NCBI GenBank assembly: GCA_016936215.1
Contig: JAFGPL010000029.1
Location: 1 to 63,175 of the forward strand
Direction of reading: 5' to 3'
Length of the DNA: 63,175 nt
Source of the DNA: Bacteroidales bacterium
Lineage (GTDB): Bacteria; Bacteroidota; Bacteroidia; Bacteroidales; UBA10428
The notes beneath the pieces were generated by a model. It searched no databases, had not been told where the DNA came from, and was given only the letters and a program-made list of their open reading frames with translations. Positions 21,301 to 30,853 of the stretch are shown piece by piece. Numbering within the stretch: the first letter of the stretch is position 1; each line of letters begins with the position of its first letter. A program made the translations under genes and the position numbers.

Positions 21301-24300
21301 CGCCAATCATTATAGTCCTGATGTTGCTCAGGTTGGGTGTACCCCTTACCTTCATCTTGTTGCGATTGTTAATATTATCGAATTTAGGGTAAATCCTGGT
21401 CTTGTCATAAGATATCTCATCCCTTTCCACCCTCAGGGCAACAAGTTTCTCGAGGTCAATATTGAAATTATTGGCCTCGGGCCATACCCTTAAGCGATCG
21501 CGTTCATTTTCATCACCATTGGTATATTCACCGGCCGGTGTGATCCTGAGCGGTACTTCGTATTCAAAATAGTTGTCCTGGTAATCAGACCCGATCCTGA
21601 TAAAGGCTGTAATACCGGTGCTGTCTAATGTAAGGTCATTGGCAAGCGCCTCGGCATGGACATACATTTTGAGTTTTTTGTACTGTCTTAGGTCGAGGTC
21701 AACATTTTTATAGGCTACCCGCGCATCGCCATCTGCAAGGTTATAAACCCTGAAAACCATTGACTGTTCGTTAAGTTCGGCAAGCTGCGGCTGGCTGGGG
21801 TCAATGACCCTGCTGATATCCGGGGGCAGGATATAATTAACGGGTGTTTTTTCAGAGTTCTCCTCGATGTTTACTGCAGTAATCTCGAATGAGCCATCTT
21901 CGACCTGTCCGGCAAGGCCAGGCCCCCCTTCGTACATGTCGAAGCGGTATTTTCTCCATTCGCCCCTTATCAGTTGAAGCTCTGCAAACCTCAGAATCAC
22001 TGGCTTGTTAAAGTCTTTAAGGTACATCCTTAAAAACCTTATTGATTTGAAATCTTCGATATTTCCATACCGGTATTTATAATCGCTTATCGGTATCCTG
22101 AAGAGGTACCAGTCTACATCTTTGCCTTCGCCCCTGATTTTATCCACAATATAGTTTTTACCTACCTCAAGGTCTTCGGGCCTTATACTTGTGCTGTATG
22201 AGTAGTAAGTTTCTGTTTCATTGAGGGTGTTATCGCGGTTAATATCTTCGGCAGAAGGTTTGGTGCTGGCTGCCGCAAATTCCCCGCCCGACTGCTCGGT
22301 GGCTGGCGAGTTACCATCGGTACCATTGTATTTTTTATATCTTTCCAATACACCAAGTCCAAGTTCATCATAATCAGAACCCAGGTAGTAATGAAAATCG
22401 TCGCTTGACGGGTCAAGACTTATCTGCTCATATTCGGGAGATGCCGGGTCAACAACCCCTGCCACCTCGTCAAGGTACCAGCTAAAGAAATCAGCTTCAT
22501 CGGTACTTGACAACCCGTCGAGTCCAACATCTTGGTATTGCCGTGTTTCAGGGTCGGTATTGAATTCATTCACGACCGATTGTGTCCTGGGTACCCTTCC
22601 CCAAACCGTGGTATCAACCAGGGTTATTTCTTCTGAAGCCGGCAGGCCGTTCTCAAAAGTCTTCCGTGAATCCCTGAGTATATCTTCAGAAATCTCGCCA
22701 AGGTTAAAGAAGAGGTCGCCACCCAGTGAACCTGAAGGTGCTGTTGAATCGTAAACAAAAGGGTCCATCAGCCAGAATTCGATATATTCCACATTGGAAT
22801 TCTCAAAGTCGCTGGTCTGTATTTCTCTCATAATACCGCCCCAGCGTGTTTCAGGGTCCCTGAGGGTACCATTGCTGTTGATACCGCTGGAAAATGGCGA
22901 CGGGTTGACATCAAAGTTGTAAGGACCCTTTTCATTAGGGTAAAACGCGATGTTAAATACCGAGAGCGGGCTTTCGATGCCTGTACCACTCTGTTTTTCC
23001 CTGTAAATTTCAGTTTCATATATTTCGCGGGTAAAGTGGTTATCTTTATCTTCATCAGGCAGATCGGGAGTATTTGCATAATCACGGTTAAACAAGGGAT
23101 CAACCATATACCATGCAAGCCTTGCACGGTTATAATTATAGGACATGTCATTGATCAGTTGCCCCTCCCTGAATTCCCTGGGGGTACTGGCCAGCACCCA
23201 CGATGGTATGGTTTTTAGTTCAATAGATGTTTCAGTCCCCTCAAAATCATCAATATAGGCCCTTCCATTCCTTCCAATGGCTTTGGCCTGGCCCGGTATC
23301 AGATGCGCAAACTCTGCATCGAGTGAGATGTTTGAGGCTTCCTTGGTCTCTAAAAATGGAAGCTTATCTATTAGTCCGGTTAAAAACTGCGACTTGGTCT
23401 GATAGGAAGTGTTCAGCCCCCAGATGGTATTTGAAATGGGTTCATCGCCCATATTTACCTTCTGCGTAAGCGGTCTTTCGGTAAGGTTGAGCAGTGTGCC
23501 CCCCATAATAAAATTATCGGATACCTTATAATCCATATGGGTTCCAACAAGTGTCTTGGTCTGAAGGTTGAAAAGGGCATTGTTTTCAAGTGATATCCTC
23601 AGCGGCGTACCCGATTCAAGCAAACCCTGGTTGAGTATTTTTACCCTTCCCAGCGTGTAATCTACCGTATAATCCGAGCCTTCGGTAAGCTGTATGCCCC
23701 CTGCAGATACTTTAACAGAATTGCGCGGTATGTTCATGGCATTCAGTTGAATCTCCGAACTTGAAGCCGATTGGTAGGTGCCCGCAATATAAAACTTGTT
23801 TTTTTCAGCTATCTGGCTGGCTTTGGTCTGGGTAGAGTCATAAAGCTCTTCGAAGACATATTTATCTGCAATGCTGTTAATATCCCTTGCCTGGCTTCCT
23901 CCGGTAATTTTTTTCCGCAGGTCTTTTCCGAAAGGTTCTACCAGCGGAAAAATAATTTTTCCGCTTGAAGAGATGATGGTTGTTCCCTCTATATAATCGA
24001 ACTGGCCATCGGGGTTCGGCTCGTTTCGCGAGTCGAGGGTATCGAGCCCCATTACTTTAAGAAGAATTTTATTATGAAAAGCAGGTGAAGCAGCGGGTTC
24101 TTTAATATAATTCATGGCCACACCTGTTTCATCATTGCGGTACAAAACATCAAGTCTGAAGTCGGTGCGGTTAACCTGGTATGCATTTATGGAATAGATA
24201 TTCTTCATCATCAGGTTCCAGGTTTTAAGCTTAGGGGTAAGGCTTGTACCTTTTATAAGCTTTAAGACCAAGGCATTGGGCGCGCTCACCCCTTCGGTGG

Positions 24301-25792
24301 AAATTTCACCAACCCTGTAAGTTTTTCCCTGGTATGTATACACATAGGCCACTGCCAGTACCTCGTCAGTACGCAGGGCCGAATTCAGCGAGATATAGCC
24401 CAGTTCCCTGTTCAGCGTATATTCACGCTCTGAAAGCTTCCTTGCATTTTCAACTTTTTCATACTCATTGCCTCCCCTGAGGTTAAACCTTTCCTCCAGT
24501 GGCGTAAGTGTTGTTGCAATGTCTTTAATGCTCCTGATGCCGGGGTAATTTTGCACCATTTCTGCATACAGGGCATTGGCATCGTTAGAAACAGGATAAT
24601 CGGGTTGGTTTACAGGACGGATAAAATCAACAGGCCCCTGGAAGTTTTGTATCAGCGTTCCGTCATCCAGCGTATAACTTTCCCCAAGATCCATAAACGC
24701 GACAAAATTACGGTTATCGCTGTCAAAATTGTTGGTTTTGTTGGTAACCCAGACTTCGATCTGCTCGATGCGCACACCCGAAGAGATGTAGGGGGGTGTA
24801 CCCAGCCATTCGTTATAATTTTCGCGGAAAAAATGTGAAAGAAAAAAATGCCTGTTTGCATCGTACTCATCTACATTTACTTCAAACTCGTTTACCTGGG
24901 CACCGCCCTGCACATCAATCACCGATGATTCTCCGCGTTGATGGCTGAAAACATTGGTCACCGTAAGCTTGCCAAACTGGAGCTCGGTTTTGAGGCCAAA
25001 AAGGCTCTGGCTCCCTGAAATTAAAGAACCGGTGAGTGGCAGGGTAATATTCCCTGCTTCAATTTTTTTAATAATTTCATCTTCCTTACCTGCATATTCG
25101 AGTTTGGTCTTGTTTTCAAAATCAAAGGTTGCTTCGGTATTGTAATTTATTCCAAGCTCCATTTTGTCGCCGATAGAACCGGTAACGTTCATCTGAATTT
25201 TCTCTTTGAAAGTGAAAGCGCCATTGCGCCTGTTTCTCTCTGATAGGGCAGGATTGTCAATACGCGAAATGTTATAGCCGAAGATCAGTTCTGCCGAACC
25301 CTGTGGCACAATATTTATAGCATCGGTACCGAAAACCTTATCGAAAGTTTCGCCCATTTTTATAGTCCCTGCCAGGCCGCGCTCCCTGCCAGTCTTGTCT
25401 TCCTGCGATTTTTCAAGCCAGTACTTACGTTTGGCCATTTCGGCTTCATATTCATGAAACTCTTTAAATGACATTACATTAGGACGCCGGAAATCAAGGC
25501 TCCCGACTTTTTCTGTATAAGTATATTCGTTGGTTTCGGGATCGTATTCTACAGCAGACTTCACATTGGATGGATTGTCGAAATACAAAGGGGGTGTGGC
25601 CTCCTGCCCGCTGATGGAATAACGGTTCTCATCCTTAAAAGGATATTTAAGGTCAATTTTTTCTGCGCGGGTAGTGTCGGTGGGTTGCGCCAAAGACGAA
25701 TTATAGGCCGACTTATTTATGACAGAAGATGCAAAAAACAAGGCCAGGGTAGAGATAAATGCTATTCCTTTTATTATTTTTTTTCCTTTCAA
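18344..25792 (-). CDS. sprA: Type IX secretion system outer-membrane translocon SprA/Sov
   Basis: 2482 aa; EDEIIKKIEAGN, SQSLFG, YIDDFEG, RWGGIMR, QDVGLDG, WFNELRL; conserved ruvA-sprA-gcvH order; TTG start. Confidence 0.95.
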   Translation of the reverse strand: MKGKKIIKGIAFISTLALFFASSVINKSAYNSSLAQPTDTTRAEKIDLKYPFKDENRYSISGQEATPPLYFDNPSNVKSAVEYDPETNEYTYTEKVGSLDFRRPNVMSFKEFHEYEAEMAKRKYWLEKSQEDKTGRERGLAGTIKMGETFDKVFGTDAINIVPQGSAELIFGYNISRIDNPALSERNRRNGAFTFKEKIQMNVTGSIGDKMELGINYNTEATFDFENKTKLEYAGKEDEIIKKIEAGNITLPLTGSLISGSQSLFGLKTELQFGKLTVTNVFSHQRGESSVIDVQGGAQVNEFEVNVDEYDANRHFFLSHFFRENYNEWLGTPPYISSGVRIEQIEVWVTNKTNNFDSDNRNFVAFMDLGESYTLDDGTLIQNFQGPVDFIRPVNQPDYPVSNDANALYAEMVQNYPGIRSIKDIATTLTPLEERFNLRGGNEYEKVENARKLSEREYTLNRELGYISLNSALRTDEVLAVAYVYTYQGKTYRVGEISTEGVSAPNALVLKLIKGTSLTPKLKTWNLMMKNIYSINAYQVNRTDFRLDVLYRNDETGVAMNYIKEPAASPAFHNKILLKVMGLDTLDSRNEPNPDGQFDYIEGTTIISSSGKIIFPLVEPFGKDLRKKITGGSQARDINSIADKYVFEELYDSTQTKASQIAEKNKFYIAGTYQSASSSEIQLNAMNIPRNSVKVSAGGIQLTEGSDYTVDYTLGRVKILNQGLLESGTPLRISLENNALFNLQTKTLVGTHMDYKVSDNFIMGGTLLNLTERPLTQKVNMGDEPISNTIWGLNTSYQTKSQFLTGLIDKLPFLETKEASNISLDAEFAHLIPGQAKAIGRNGRAYIDDFEGTETSIELKTIPSWVLASTPREFREGQLINDMSYNYNRARLAWYMVDPLFNRDYANTPDLPDEDKDNHFTREIYETEIYREKQSGTGIESPLSVFNIAFYPNEKGPYNFDVNPSPFSSGINSNGTLRDPETRWGGIMREIQTSDFENSNVEYIEFWLMDPFVYDSTAPSGSLGGDLFFNLGEISEDILRDSRKTFENGLPASEEITLVDTTVWGRVPRTQSVVNEFNTDPETRQYQDVGLDGLSSTDEADFFSWYLDEVAGVVDPASPEYEQISLDPSSDDFHYYLGSDYDELGLGVLERYKKYNGTDGNSPATEQSGGEFAAASTKPSAEDINRDNTLNETETYYSYSTSIRPEDLEVGKNYIVDKIRGEGKDVDWYLFRIPISDYKYRYGNIEDFKSIRFLRMYLKDFNKPVILRFAELQLIRGEWRKYRFDMYEGGPGLAGQVEDGSFEITAVNIEENSEKTPVNYILPPDISRVIDPSQPQLAELNEQSMVFRVYNLADGDARVAYKNVDLDLRQYKKLKMYVHAEALANDLTLDSTGITAFIRIGSDYQDNYFEYEVPLRITPAGEYTNGDENERDRLRVWPEANNFNIDLEKLVALRVERDEISYDKTRIYPKFDNINNRNKMKVRGTPNLSNIRTIMIGVRNPGDADNQYPNDGLPKSAEIWFNELRLEDFNNKGGWAANARVQLRLADLGTLSVAGSTIQPGFGSIEQKVMERKHEQLNQYDISSNLELGKFFPEKAKVSIPAFVGVSKSIINPEYAPKEPDRLLKDVLDKAETKAERDEIKKVSQDITERKSINFTNVRVAKEFKKLKPLSPANLSVSAGYSDVKSHSYKVERNDLVKYRAGINYTYAMRPVSVIPFKKTKGMNSPYLRLIKDFNFSPVPSQFTFRTDIDRYYNEIKLRNVLDKDIRIDSSVNKDFTWNRFYMMQWQLTRSIKVDFSATNIARIDEPTGAYDLFREGNNQYWKDSVWRSIRNFGTNNSYNHTFNASYTLPINKIPLLNWISSSVSYSGKFFWDRGPVYEGGYTLGHTIRNANTMQFTNQLNLMNLYYKVGFIKRIDAKYKGAKKPESEKKYKTVTFSRRTFLKAGQPKNIVHKLGTTKLTVTVLDADNKEVEVETEIVNENKIAITSETDIAGITVNIEGQIEKGENPVIFIAENSVRFLTGLKSVTINYSRNGGTNLMGYNNETDMFGLTSTSTGLAPGIPFILGWQDSSFVKNAARNQWLTTNPAFSNPYSMQFTENLNLQGTFEPFRGLRIDIKAQRMYSQNISEYFLPPESAGGNFSFANRIQNGNFMMSVITIGSAFEKLELEDNFKSEYFENFKRYRTIISGRLYNKRVQESGIGYSGSATAIMNYGYADGYGPTSAEVIIPAFLAAYTGKDPGKVTLEPFPGFLSMLPNWSLNFDGLSRIGFFKRFANSINIRHTYQSSYNIGSYTTYTDLTFAEDGIAYIRDFNNNFYPEYLINSVSITEKISPLINVNITWKNNLLTRFEIGKSRTLALGLANNQVTDTRNDDLIIGSGYRFKEVPLTINNRTVKSDLNLRVDFSVRDNKTVIRHLAEDIEDEAEQVTAGQRIVKINVTADYALSPRFNLQFFFDRTLNKPYSSGTFLTVDTNIGFSIKFSLQ

Positions 25793-25838
25793 CAGAACCT
25801 TAGTTTAAATTAATATTACATCACAAAGAACAACCAAC

Positions 25839-26420
25839 TTATAAGGATTTTAAAGCCTTTTTAACCAAATCTTCTACCACAATGTCTTTGTTTTCTGTGA
25901 TTAATCTGTTTACAACTTTTTCCACAGCCGATTTGGGAAAACCTAACATTATTAAAGCAGATAACGCTTCATCTCTGGTTCTATTGTCTTTGGCAAAAAA
26001 TAATTCTTCACCGCCTGCTTCATGTCCTATTTTATCTCTCAGTTCCACAATTATCCTTTCTGCAGTTTTGGAGCCAATACCCTTAATACTTTTTAATTGT
26101 ACCACGTTGGCTGTTAAAATGGCTTTCTGTATCTCCGACGGGGACATAGAAGACAGCATCATGCGGGCCGTATTGGCACCAACACCCGATACGGTAATAA
26201 GCTGGCGGAACACATCACGCTCGGTCCTGGTAAAAAAACCATACAGCAGGTGGGCATCTTCCCTGATTACGAGATGGGTCAACAACCTGGCATCCTTTTT
26301 TGATTGTATCTGACTGTAAGTGGTTAATGAAATGCTGATGAAATAACCTGTGCCATTGTTTTCAAGGATTACATACGCAGGATTGATTTCGTCAATTTTA
26401 CCTTCTATATACTCATACAT
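25839..26420 (-). CDS. ruvA: Holliday junction branch migration protein RuvA
   Basis: REDAHLLYGF, VSGVGANTA, IKGIGSKTAERIIVELRDK, ALIMLGF. Confidence 0.97.
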   Translation of the reverse strand: MYEYIEGKIDEINPAYVILENNGTGYFISISLTTYSQIQSKKDARLLTHLVIREDAHLLYGFFTRTERDVFRQLITVSGVGANTARMMLSSMSPSEIQKAILTANVVQLKSIKGIGSKTAERIIVELRDKIGHEAGGEELFFAKDNRTRDEALSALIMLGFPKSAVEKVVNRLITENKDIVVEDLVKKALKSL

Positions 26421-26467
26421 AGTTGTAAGTTCCTGTATTTTTTATGTTTATGAAAATATAAGCGATG

Positions 26468-27520
26468 CTACAATTCTGTAAGGTTATATGATTTGAGCGG
26501 ATTAGCCGTTAGTTCTTTGTTTAATTTCCTGTTCCTGAATATATCGCAGGCAAGGTATATGGCTTCCCTGAAAGAGTCGGGCGAAGCTTCATTTTTTCCT
26601 GCAAGGTCGTATGATGTCCCGTGAGCCGGCGATGTTCTCACAATAGAGAGACCGGCAGTGTAATTAACCCCACCCCCTGCCATTAGGGCTTTAAACGGTA
26701 TAAGGCCCTGGTCGTGGTACATGGCGAGAACAGCATCGTATTTAGTGAATGTTCCGGCCCCAAAAAAACCATCGGCAGGAAAAGGGCCGAATGCCAATAT
26801 GTTGTTTTCCCTCGCGGCATCAATGGCGGGAAGGATTATTTCAGCTTCTTCGTTGCCGATAAGGCCGTTATCGCTCGCATGAGGATTTAACCCAAGCACT
26901 GCAATCCTCGGTTTGCGTATCATGAAATCAAGCATCAGTGATTTGTTCATAATCCGCAATTTATTCAGGATAACATCTTTGGTAAGGTATTCATGAACCT
27001 TGGTAAATGGCACATGCCCGGTGACAACCCCTATTTTCATAACCTGGCTGACCATAAGCATTAATGCCCCGTCGGTGGGGAATTTTGCTTCAAGGTACTC
27101 GGTATGGCCCGCGAAACTAAACTTATCCGACTGGATATTGTGTTTGTTGATGGGGCCTGTAACCAAGGCGTCAATTTTCTTATCTTTCAGGTCTGTGGTT
27201 GCCATTTCGAGGGCAATATATGATGATTCCCCGGCAATTGTTGTTGATTTACCTAATTCAACCCGCACCGAATCGTCAAGGCAGTTTATAATATTGGCCC
27301 TTTTCGGGTTGGCCTCTTCGGGATATTTTATGCTGTTGAAGCTAAAATTATCAATATTCAATGCTTTTCTATGGTATGCAGCCACCTTTGGTGAACCATA
27401 GACAACAGGTATGCACTCGTCCATAATCCTGCTGTCGGTGAGCGATTTAATAATTACTTCATAGCTAATACTGTTGATATCTCCCTGTGTAATCCCTAAT
27501 TTTATTCTATCCTGTGCCAT
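26468..27520 (-). CDS. pdxA: 4-hydroxythreonine-4-phosphate dehydrogenase PdxA
   Basis: GHTEYL, GLNPHA, PADGFF, AMYHDQGLIPFK, RTSPAHGT. Confidence 0.95.
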   Translation of the reverse strand: MAQDRIKLGITQGDINSISYEVIIKSLTDSRIMDECIPVVYGSPKVAAYHRKALNIDNFSFNSIKYPEEANPKRANIINCLDDSVRVELGKSTTIAGESSYIALEMATTDLKDKKIDALVTGPINKHNIQSDKFSFAGHTEYLEAKFPTDGALMLMVSQVMKIGVVTGHVPFTKVHEYLTKDVILNKLRIMNKSLMLDFMIRKPRIAVLGLNPHASDNGLIGNEEAEIILPAIDAARENNILAFGPFPADGFFGAGTFTKYDAVLAMYHDQGLIPFKALMAGGGVNYTAGLSIVRTSPAHGTSYDLAGKNEASPDSFREAIYLACDIFRNRKLNKELTANPLKSYNLTEL

Positions 27521-27940
27521 TTCACTTTATTTAATACTTACTTCCAAAAAGCCAAAAATCTCAATTACCCGCCTGAAATCTTCCAAATATTATAAATATT
27601 TGTTAAGAGTACGGTACAGGTTATGAATATTTTTTAAGAAGCGGTAAAGTTAATAATTACTCTGATAATTTTTTTCAGGATAACGGGCTCATTTTTGATC
27701 ACCCATTTTTAAAGATGTTTTTTGCGTATGTGAAAGCAGGATTGTACCCTAATTTAAAGGTTAGAACCTGATTATACAAAAGAAATGTGTCAACCGCAAA
27801 AATGAACACATAAATACCATCCCCTGCACAGATACAAAAACAGGGTCAAAATTTCATTTAAATATGCCCAGGCGGCCCTTTAACCACAGGCATACCCCCC
27901 TGCCTTTTGCAGGCGGCTGTTCATCCGGTTCAGCAAAATA

Positions 27941-28138
27941 TTATTTTTCTGTGCTTTTATAATATCTTATTGAACAAAGGATAGCTATTAACAACAAGCT
28001 GTTGGCAACATGAAAATAGTTATAAACATGTCGCACACCCAATAATTCCACTTTGAAAATTAATGCGATAAAAGCAAGTAATACGAGTACTCCGGCTATA
28101 ATACCGGCAATCCAGGATGTGAGGTTAAAAATTTTCAT
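27941..28138 (-). CDS. Small two-TM hypothetical membrane protein
   Basis: 65 aa ATG ORF in an otherwise empty spacer, two clear hydrophobic segments. Confidence 0.65.
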   Translation of the reverse strand: MKIFNLTSWIAGIIAGVLVLLAFIALIFKVELLGVRHVYNYFHVANSLLLIAILCSIRYYKSTEK

Positions 28139-28339
28139 TTTTCGGTTTGTTTAGACGGTTATTCGGCATTTTTAATATATATATAGGCGATGAAGTTTCG
28201 ATGAAAGTTATGGTGCAATAAAAATGTTTAATCTGTGCTAATTTAATGAAATATTTGTTTATTTAAGTTCCACTTTAATATGAAAATAAGCAAATTACCT
28301 ATGAAACTGGTACCCAAAAAAAACTTTCGTATTCATATG

Positions 28340-28368
28340 TTGTATTAAAAATAAAAATGGTAATTTTG
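28340..28368 (+). promoter_or_regulatory. Promoter of tRNA-Leu/tig
   Basis: TTG (28340-42)-N18-TAATTTTG (28361-68), 16 nt before the tRNA. Confidence 0.6.
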
Positions 28369-28384
28369 CAGCTCAAAAAATTCT

Positions 28385-28466
28385 GCGGATGTGGCGGAAT
28401 TGGCAGACGCGCTAGACTTAGGATCTAGTGCCGTAAGGCTTGGGGGTTCGAGTCCCTTCATCCGCA
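28385..28466 (+). tRNA. tRNA-Leu(TAG)
   Basis: GCGGATG/CATCCGC acceptor stem, anticodon arm CTAGA-CTTAGGA-TCTAG, long variable arm, GGTTCGAGTCC; CCA not encoded. Confidence 0.97.
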
Positions 28467-28550
28467 CGTAATTATAATGAACAGTAAATAGTGATAAAGG
28501 ATAAAGGGATGAGACTGCCGTCGCTAAGGCTTTGGCAGTTAAAAAGTTTA

Positions 28551-28670
28551 CCCCGATATAGATTTTCCCGTGAAGCATGACTTAAAAAATCTGAATCGGG
28601 GAGTCGCTTCATACGCAGCTGTTTGACCGCAATACTCTCAGTGAATTATTGACAGTATTGACGGTCTTTT
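28551..28670 (+). promoter_or_regulatory. Structured RNA in the tig leader, ending in a terminator-like hairpin
   Basis: 16-bp stem 28551-66/28586-601 (one mismatch), competing helix 28570-82/28602-12, and a ~17-bp hairpin 28625-66 followed by TTTT. Confidence 0.55.
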
Positions 28671-28703
28671 CAAATTATAAGGCAATATTAAATTAAAAAT
28701 CTG

Positions 28704-30062
28704 ATGAATATTACCAGGGAAAAAACAGACGAACTAAATTCGGTTATCAGCATTGTAATTGACAAAGATGATTATGAAGAACGTGTAAACAATACCCTCA
28801 GGGATTACAGGCGTAAAGCCAGGATTGACGGTTTTCGTCCCGGCAAGGTACCTTTCGGGCTTGTTAATAAATTATATCGCAAGCCAGTGCTTGTTGAAGA
28901 AGTAAACAATATTCTCAACGAATCGTTGACAAAATACATCGTAGACGAAAAACTTAATGTTCTTGGCGAACCGCTTCCAAATGAATCACGCCAGAAAAAT
29001 TTCGACTGGGACCATGATACTTCTTTTGAATTTGTAATTGATGTCGGCCTGGCCCCTGAATGTGACATCACCGTGTCACCCAAAGATAAATTTGCCCTGT
29101 ACAAAATCAAAATTGATGACAAAATAAGGGATGAATACACGGATAAATATACCTCACGGCTTGGCAATTTTGAAGATGCCGGATCGGCAGGTGAAAAATC
29201 ACTGATCAAAGCCGACCTCACACAGGTTGACAAAGAAGGAAATGTTGTCGGGGAAGGCATCAGTGTAGAAGACGCTTCACTTTCACTGCAGGTCATCAAA
29301 GACGATAAGATTCTCAAAAGCCTCCTTGGCCTGAAAAAAGACGACGAAATACAAATAAACCTCAAGAAAGCATATCCGAACAACATAGACCTTGCATCGT
29401 TGCTGAAAGTTAATACCAGTGAAATTGAACTTATCAATGGTGAGTTTAAACTGAAGGTTAAATCGGTATTGGAATTTCAAAAAGCAGAAGTCAACCAGGA
29501 TTTTTATGACAAATTGTTCGGAAAAGACGCCATTAAAACAACCGAAGAATATCATGACAAACTTGACCAGATCATTAAATCTGACTTCAACCATGATGCT
29601 GAATATAAATTCAGGATGGATGCAAGAGAATACTACCTTTCGAAATTTAAAAAAGACCTGCCGCAGGAATTTCTTAAACGCTGGCTTGTGCAGGTAAACA
29701 AAGATAAATTCACCCCCGAACAAATTGAAAAGGATTTTAACCATTTTCTTGAAGACCTGAAATGGCAGTTGATTAAGGATAAGATTGGCAAAGAAAACAA
29801 TCTCAAAGTAACAGAAGATGAGTTGCTTGATTACGCCAAAAATTTTACCAGGATGCAATTCGCCCAGTACTATGGTATTTCAGATTTCCCTGAAGACCAA
29901 CTGGCAGGCTATGCCCAGGAAATACTCAAGAAAGATGAAGAACGCAGGAAAATGGCCGAAAGGATTTTTGAAGATAAAATCATAGATTTTATTAAGAATA
30001 CTGCCAAAATTGAAGAGAAAGAGATTTCATCTGAAAAATTCAACAAATTGCTTGAAAAATAG
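28704..30062 (+). CDS. tig: Trigger factor
   Basis: Ribosome-binding signature GFRPGKVP; tig-clpP-clpX order. Confidence 0.96.
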   Translation: MNITREKTDELNSVISIVIDKDDYEERVNNTLRDYRRKARIDGFRPGKVPFGLVNKLYRKPVLVEEVNNILNESLTKYIVDEKLNVLGEPLPNESRQKNFDWDHDTSFEFVIDVGLAPECDITVSPKDKFALYKIKIDDKIRDEYTDKYTSRLGNFEDAGSAGEKSLIKADLTQVDKEGNVVGEGISVEDASLSLQVIKDDKILKSLLGLKKDDEIQINLKKAYPNNIDLASLLKVNTSEIELINGEFKLKVKSVLEFQKAEVNQDFYDKLFGKDAIKTTEEYHDKLDQIIKSDFNHDAEYKFRMDAREYYLSKFKKDLPQEFLKRWLVQVNKDKFTPEQIEKDFNHFLEDLKWQLIKDKIGKENNLKVTEDELLDYAKNFTRMQFAQYYGISDFPEDQLAGYAQEILKKDEERRKMAERIFEDKIIDFIKNTAKIEEKEISSEKFNKLLEK

Positions 30063-30095
30063 TTTATACATCCATAACTTCGTAGAAAACAGATT

Positions 30096-30776
30096 ATGAG
30101 TTTAGCAGACGATTTCAGAAAATATGCCGTAAAGCACAAAGGTATAAGCAGTATTACCCTCGACAGTTATTCTTCGGTAGTATCAAGTTATATTTCACCG
30201 ACCATCATTGAGGAACGGCAACTGAATATTGCCCAGATGGATGTATTCTCAAGGCTGATGATGGACAGGATAATATTTCTTGGATTACCGATTGATGATT
30301 ATGTGGCCAATATCATCCAGGCCCAATTGCTTTACCTTGATTCTGCCGACCCGGGAAAAGATATACAGATTTATTTTAACACCCCGGGAGGCGCTGTACA
30401 TGCCGGGTTAGGCATTTACGATACCATACAGTATATCAGTTGTGATGTTGCCACCATATGTACCGGTATGGCAGCCTCAATGGGGGCAGTGCTGCTGTGT
30501 GCAGGCAAGAAAGGAAAACGTTCGGCGCTCAAACATTCGCGCATTATGATACACCAGCCTATGGGCGGGGCCCAGGGCCAGGCTGCAGATATTGAAATTA
30601 CTGCAAGGGAAATTCTAAAGCTCAGGACTGAATTGTATGCAATTATTGCAGAACATTCCGGTAACCCTGTTGAAAAGGTTGAAAAAGACTCCGACCGCGA
30701 TTACTGGATGACCGCCAAAGAGGCAAAGGAGTATGGCATGATTGATGAAGTGCTTGAAAGACCGGTAAAAAAATAG
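30096..30776 (+). CDS. clpP: ATP-dependent Clp protease proteolytic subunit
   Basis: [23 protein letters not shown] (Ser), MIHQP (His), DRDYWM. Confidence 0.98.
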   Translation: MSLADDFRKYAVKHKGISSITLDSYSSVVSSYISPTIIEERQLNIAQMDVFSRLMMDRIIFLGLPIDDYVANIIQAQLLYLDSADPGKDIQIYFNTPGGAVHAGLGIYDTIQYISCDVATICTGMAASMGAVLLCAGKKGKRSALKHSRIMIHQPMGGAQGQAADIEITAREILKLRTELYAIIAEHSGNPVEKVEKDSDRDYWMTAKEAKEYGMIDEVLERPVKK

Positions 30777-30853
30777 ATGTTCACAAATTATTTGGGACAT
30801 TATTGTATCTTTTTGCAATTTTAAAACGTAATTAAAGAAAATTGGCTTATTCA

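Noticed and set aside
18344-25792. 2482-aa giant ORF as a novelty
   Set aside because: Normal size and context for SprA.
27521-27940. 420-bp spacer upstream of pdxA
   Set aside because: No convincing ORF, repeat or stable structure seen.
28345-28578. 77-aa minus-strand ORF
   Set aside because: It is the antisense reading of tRNA-Leu (MKGLEPPSL...), a common artefact.
28467-28620. tRNA-associated HDV-like (theta) ribozyme
   Set aside because: The structure starts about 85 nt after the tRNA end and I could not build the nested double pseudoknot.
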